This document shows, piece after piece, positions 59,756 through 64,000 of a DNA stretch of 64,000 nt; within the stretch, counting starts at the first letter, position 1, and each line of letters begins with the position of its first letter. The notes beneath the pieces were generated by a model that saw nothing but the letters and a program-made list of their open reading frames with translations, had not been told where the DNA came from and ran no database searches. The stretch is from Chloroflexota bacterium. GTDB lineage: Bacteria; Chloroflexota; UBA11872; VXOZ01. Location of the stretch: contig OZ244922.1 in NCBI GenBank assembly GCA_965221905.1, forward strand, positions 3,232,001 to 3,296,000. Direction: 5' to 3'. The position numbers were made by a program, and so were the translations under genes.

Positions 59756-59872
59756 CCTCAATGCAACTCTTGGTCTTGATATGTCCCTGTGTTCCGCGGC
59801 CTAACTGCCAGCCCCGTCGCGTCGAAGGATTAGCACCTGCGCTGGCCTGCCCGCACTAAGCAAGCCACACCT

Positions 59873-60979
59873 TCAAAACAGCGCCACCTCTTGGGGAATG
59901 GTCCCCAGCCGCTGGAAACCGTCGGCCTTCAGCACGTAAATGTCCTCCACGAGCCAGGAGGATTCCAGGGCGGATACGTTATTCTCCTCAAACGTAATTT
60001 CCGGTTTAACCTCCAGGCTATACGGCAACAAGCTGCCGAGTTGCGGTTCCTCGTGCACCTCCATGCCGACCCCGTGAATCCACCACATGTACTCTTCGAC
60101 ATTCTTGAACTCTGCCCGGCAAGCGGCAAAGACCTCGCGTTTGCTCATACCGGGTCGGATGAAGTTTTCCATGAATATCTGGCGATCGCGGTGTTCTTGC
60201 CAAACGGCATAACTCTCCTTGAGCGGCGTGCCCAGGCAGAAATTAAACTTCTGGTCGGAGAAGTACCCACCGGCCACCGCTGAGTAGTCAACGCGATACA
60301 CCAGACCTTCTTCCACCTCTTCCGGCCCGCGCACGAGCACGGAATCCGGCTGCTTGTACTGGCCCCGGCCCGGCACCATCCAGGATATGGGGGCGGCATA
60401 GACGGGCAGCGCGTCGTGTTTGAGCACCGTTGCGGCCCAGACGTTGTTCAGGTCCCGGAAGGAGATGCCGGCTCGTATCTCCTTCTGCATCTCCCTGTAT
60501 CCTGCCTCGGAGGCGGCCACGGCCTTCTGTATCCAAGCTAGCTCCCGCGGCGTCTTCATACTCCGCACCCGCGCCAAGAGCATGTCCGCAGCCTCGAACT
60601 GCACGTTTGGCAGGAGCTCTCGGAGCTTTGCCAGGTCGCTTATCGCAGCATAGTCCATGTCGAGACCCACCCGCGCCTGCCCAAGTTTTCGCGCCTGTAT
60701 CTCCTCGGCCACGACCTGGAGCCGCGCGTCCCGCGTCTGGTCCGGTCGGAATCGGTCGAGCGGCATGTCGAAATCCGCCATGCGGCTGCCGCCGATCGCA
60801 AACGACTTGTCCGGCGGCGCGATGCACGTCATCCATGCGCCCAGGCCCTGCGGCTCGTTCAGCCACGGCTCTTCCGTGACATCTCCCGCTAAGTAGGCGC
60901 AGTTGCGCATGCCGAGCGTGAGCAACGCGTCCAGGCCCTGCTCTTCCATGAGTCGTGTGATCAAAGGAAAGTCAGCCAT
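59873..60979 (-). CDS. Peptidase M24 family (Xaa-Pro peptidase / creatinase fold)
   Basis: RSMKTPRE, D....GYFSD, HGVGMEVHE, LE, VED metal ligands. Confidence 0.85.
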   Translation of the reverse strand: MADFPLITRLMEEQGLDALLTLGMRNCAYLAGDVTEEPWLNEPQGLGAWMTCIAPPDKSFAIGGSRMADFDMPLDRFRPDQTRDARLQVVAEEIQARKLGQARVGLDMDYAAISDLAKLRELLPNVQFEAADMLLARVRSMKTPRELAWIQKAVAASEAGYREMQKEIRAGISFRDLNNVWAATVLKHDALPVYAAPISWMVPGRGQYKQPDSVLVRGPEEVEEGLVYRVDYSAVAGGYFSDQKFNFCLGTPLKESYAVWQEHRDRQIFMENFIRPGMSKREVFAACRAEFKNVEEYMWWIHGVGMEVHEEPQLGSLLPYSLEVKPEITFEENNVSALESSWLVEDIYVLKADGFQRLGTIPQEVALF

Positions 60980-61006
60980 GTGTTTCTGCTCCGTGTTATG
61001 CCGGCT

Positions 61007-62368
61007 TCACGCGTGCAAATTGGAAATTGGCAAGCGTGAAGCCGCCGTAACGCCAGCCGCGCCGCGATCCAGAGCGCTCACCTGCACCCACAGTTCGTCA
61101 GGTAGACCGTCGCCATCCATTTCCACAGGGATGCGCACGCGCTCGAGCCCCGGTACGGGTGCAATTGCATGCCCCAGTTGGATGCGAAGCAGGATATTGG
61201 GCTCTTCCATGGTAGCCGCAGGATCGGCCGGCGTGAGGGGATCTCCGGTATAGAGGACTGCCAGCGCCCGCTTGATATCGAACACGCCGCCATTCTCCAC
61301 GGCCACGTCCACTATGAGCCGTCCGGCGTCGCGGCGGAGTGTGCATCTTTCCGCCTGGACCTGCAACCTACGGCAGAACTGCTCAGGCCGCAAGGACACT
61401 CCCGCGTGGGCGTCCACAATCCCGTGACCCAGCCAGGGATCCCAGCCCCCGCCCCGTGCCGTGTTACGCAGAATCTGGCGGATTTCCTCGTTAGAAAACT
61501 GTGGATACTGAGAGAAGAGAAGCGCGGCGACGCCCGCGCCGAAGCCATTCGCCATGCACCCTCCGTGAAACGATACGTACTCGCCGTTGCCGCCCGTGCC
61601 CCAGATGGTGTCGCGGGGGTCATCCGTGCCCTCGCCGCAGGGAGCGGCGAATTCCGTATACGCGGTAGCGGGCGCGATGCTGGCTGCTGCCCCGTGCCGG
61701 TTGGTCGAACCCACCGGAATAGAACTGTCTACGGCAGAAATGGGCGATACCATGCGGCGGCCGCGATTGTCGCCAGCACCGCGAAATACCAAACAACCGG
61801 CGTCGTATGCCCTGTCGAAGGCGTCGATGAGCGCGGGATTCTCGGTGGGATACGTGAAATCAGTGCCCTGGTGGAAGAGCGATTCGCCGGTCTCCTTATT
61901 CTTGGCAATGTAACAGTGGGAGAGTACAATAATCCGCGCGCCGTGGGCAACCGCATAGTCAATTGCACGCACCCAGCCGCCCTGATTAGTGCGATTATAG
62001 GCGGCCCGCAGCGTCATGATGCGACAGTCGGGCGCAACCGCGGCAATCTCTCCCACGAGAAACGACCCGTGATCGCGGAAGTAGTGTTTCGTGGCATCGT
62101 ATGGCGGGCCTTCGTACTCCAACGTGGCGTCCTCCTGGTCGAAGTCCCAGCCGTGCACGTCGCCGCGCAGCGGACGGGGATTGACCCAGAGGTGCCCCGC
62201 GTGATCGGGATGATAGTGGTAGGCAATGTCGATGACGGCAACGATCACGTCCTGGCTGCCGCGCGTGACGGCATGCGCTTCCGGCGCCCGCATCTGCTCG
62301 AGCGCCCAGTCATACGGCGCGCTCACACCCTGAGGTAGTCCGTTCTTGCTCAATAGCGTAACTGCCAT
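61007..62368 (-). CDS. Subtilisin (S8)-like protein with Cys at the catalytic Ser position
   Basis: VAVID, HGWDF, DHGS...G.IAAVAP, GAGD, VGS, AAP.G, GGCMA..GAGVAALL, LGHGIVDA. Confidence 0.82.
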   Translation of the reverse strand: MAVTLLSKNGLPQGVSAPYDWALEQMRAPEAHAVTRGSQDVIVAVIDIAYHYHPDHAGHLWVNPRPLRGDVHGWDFDQEDATLEYEGPPYDATKHYFRDHGSFLVGEIAAVAPDCRIMTLRAAYNRTNQGGWVRAIDYAVAHGARIIVLSHCYIAKNKETGESLFHQGTDFTYPTENPALIDAFDRAYDAGCLVFRGAGDNRGRRMVSPISAVDSSIPVGSTNRHGAAASIAPATAYTEFAAPCGEGTDDPRDTIWGTGGNGEYVSFHGGCMANGFGAGVAALLFSQYPQFSNEEIRQILRNTARGGGWDPWLGHGIVDAHAGVSLRPEQFCRRLQVQAERCTLRRDAGRLIVDVAVENGGVFDIKRALAVLYTGDPLTPADPAATMEEPNILLRIQLGHAIAPVPGLERVRIPVEMDGDGLPDELWVQVSALDRGAAGVTAASRLPISNLHA

Positions 62369-62442
62369 AAGCTTCTCCCCTTGTCTCGAAATAGTGCCCG
62401 GCTAGTTAGAAAGAGTGTGCAAGTAATCGGCAGCCAACCCAT

Positions 62443-62475
62443 CCGTTCATACTTCGACAAGCTCAGCACGAACGG
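62443..62475. repeat. REP-like CCGTTCATACTTCGACAAGCTCAGCACGAACGG
   Basis: Near-identical to the copy at 12367. Coordinates are approximate to 1-2 bp. Confidence 0.75.
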
Positions 62476-62529
62476 ATACTGGCATTCCAACGCCGAATAA
62501 GAAGCCAAACTGTACTTTACAGGCTGACA

Positions 62530-62571
62530 CGGCGCTCTTGGCGTGTATCCAGTTCAGAGCCAAGAGCGCCG
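62530..62571 (-). terminator. Hairpin downstream of the SBP gene
   Basis: 13-bp stem CGGCGCTCTTGGC/GCCAAGAGCGCCG with a 16-nt loop. Confidence 0.5.
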
Positions 62572-62643
62572 CATGCAACGCCCCACTGACAGAGTTGTCA
62601 AAACCGTGATGGGCCAGCGGCCCGGGTCGGCCAAAGCCTTCTG

Positions 62644-64000
62644 CTACTTATCCGCGTAGTACTCGTTAAGAAGCGCCTGCACTTCTTTGCTGGCGTCGCG
62701 CATGGCTTCCTCGACCGTTGCCTCTTGATTCCAGGCGCGCGCCCGATGCGCACCGAATGCGCGAATGTACGGCAGCCACACAGCGTTGATCTGGAACGTA
62801 AAGAAGGCGCCGGTGCGCAGGGGTTCCAGATATGCATCCAGCTCGCGCGGCGGCCGGGACTTCTCGGTCTGCAGCCGGGAATTGTCCCACACGGTCCGCT
62901 TGACCGACAAGCCATAGTTGTTGATGGTGTACTGGCCTAACTGCGACTCGTCGTCTGTGACGTAGAACTTCATCAGTTCCCAACCTTCGTCGGGCACCTT
63001 AGTCTGGGACCACAGATAGAAGCAAGCACCGACCGCCGGCACCTTGTCGACCTTGCCTTTCACCATGGGAACCGCATGTATGGGCATTTCCTCAACCTGA
63101 GGCGAACCCCAAGCGGATTCCTGACCGAGCAGGAGGTTCATCATCGCGGTGCGCTGGTAGGCAAAGGGCGCATGATACGCCTTACCCGGCTCAACATTCT
63201 CAGTGATGGCCGCAACGTCGTCTGCGGTGGGTGAGACGCGCCACTTGAACTCCAAGTTCCAAAGGAACTGGATGACCTCGATGAATTCGGGCTCGTGCAT
63301 CGTGGATTTGGTATGGTCCTCGGAAAGGAACGTCGCCCCGTTCTGGCCCAGGAAGCCCAAGACGTCTGCGGTGACCTGCTTGTTGTTGAAGAAACCCCAA
63401 ATCTGGTCTGTTTCCACGCTCGACCGTTGGGTAATCTCGCGAGCCACATCAACGAACTCACCGCCGTCGTCCGGGTTCCAGGTGAGTGAGCCTCCGGGCG
63501 GATTCAAGCCGTACTTGTCGAAGATGGACTTGTTGTAAGCCGTGGCCGTAGTAATCTGGTTGATCTGAGTCACCCAGTAGGTACCGTCAGGGTCTTGACC
63601 CCAATCCTGCGCAATGACGTCCTCGAAGTCGGCGGCATCGCGCTTGTAATAGTTGGTGAGTTCGAAGCAGTGCCCGGCGTCGCGGCGTTGCGGATAGAGC
63701 ACGATGCCATGGTGGAAGACGTCCGGAGCAGCGCCGGCCGCAAGTTGTGTGTTGACCTTATCCGACACTTCACGATATATCGGGGCCGACCAATCGACCG
63801 TGATGCTGGGGTTCTGCTCCTGGAAGCGGTCAACCACCGTTTTGCCCCAGAACGGCTCCACGGCCGTTTGGTCGTTTGATATGAACAGGGCGGTGACGGT
63901 CTTGGCTTCCATGGGCTTGGCCGCCTCTTCAGCGGCCTTGGGCGCGTCCTCCTTGGCAGCAGGCTCCATCGTGGGCGCTGCCACCTGACCGCACGCCGCA
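62644..64000 (-). CDS. ABC transporter sugar-binding lipoprotein (5' end outside the window)
   Basis: Window edge reads AACGQVAAPT; AGAAPDVF, YNKSIFD, TKVPDEGWE. Confidence 0.88.
   Translation of the reverse strand, partial: AACGQVAAPTMEPAAKEDAPKAAEEAAKPMEAKTVTALFISNDQTAVEPFWGKTVVDRFQEQNPSITVDWSAPIYREVSDKVNTQLAAGAAPDVFHHGIVLYPQRRDAGHCFELTNYYKRDAADFEDVIAQDWGQDPDGTYWVTQINQITTATAYNKSIFDKYGLNPPGGSLTWNPDDGGEFVDVAREITQRSSVETDQIWGFFNNKQVTADVLGFLGQNGATFLSEDHTKSTMHEPEFIEVIQFLWNLEFKWRVSPTADDVAAITENVEPGKAYHAPFAYQRTAMMNLLLGQESAWGSPQVEEMPIHAVPMVKGKVDKVPAVGACFYLWSQTKVPDEGWELMKFYVTDDESQLGQYTINNYGLSVKRTVWDNSRLQTEKSRPPRELDAYLEPLRTGAFFTFQINAVWLPYIRAFGAHRARAWNQEATVEEAMRDASKEVQALLNEYYADK

Overview
Bacterial chromosomal window of moderately high GC. 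Monoderm-type gene content (Jag, many Tat-lipoprotein sugar-binding proteins) suggests Chloroflexota, but that is inference only. It opens with a fused restriction-methyltransferase gene, followed by rpmH-rnpA-yidD-yidC-jag and birA. The bulk is catabolic genes: FAH, Gfo/Idh/MocA, sulfatase, uxuA, epimerases, Zn-ADH and peptidases. Also present are six Tat-lipoprotein ABC binding proteins (one cut by the window edge) plus one truncated fragment, none with permeases, a complete IS5, tRNA-Thr(TGT), a DUF433/PIN toxin-antitoxin pair and EF-G2. Most notable: (i) a candidate defence island of Vsr-C5 methyltransferase fusion, DUF4928 nuclease, a 60-aa peptide, two paralogous dual-OB proteins and two DUF488 proteins; (ii) a subtilisin-family protein with Cys in place of the catalytic Ser; (iii) two unrelated TGT...ACA miniature elements with 5-bp target duplications inserted into REP palindromes, one carrying a homolog of its own target; (iv) a glxBCD/mgsABC-like operon with substituted catalytic motifs. 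Intergenic DNA is dense in at least six REP-like palindrome families and short tandem arrays. All family assignments are by motif recognition; no searches were run.
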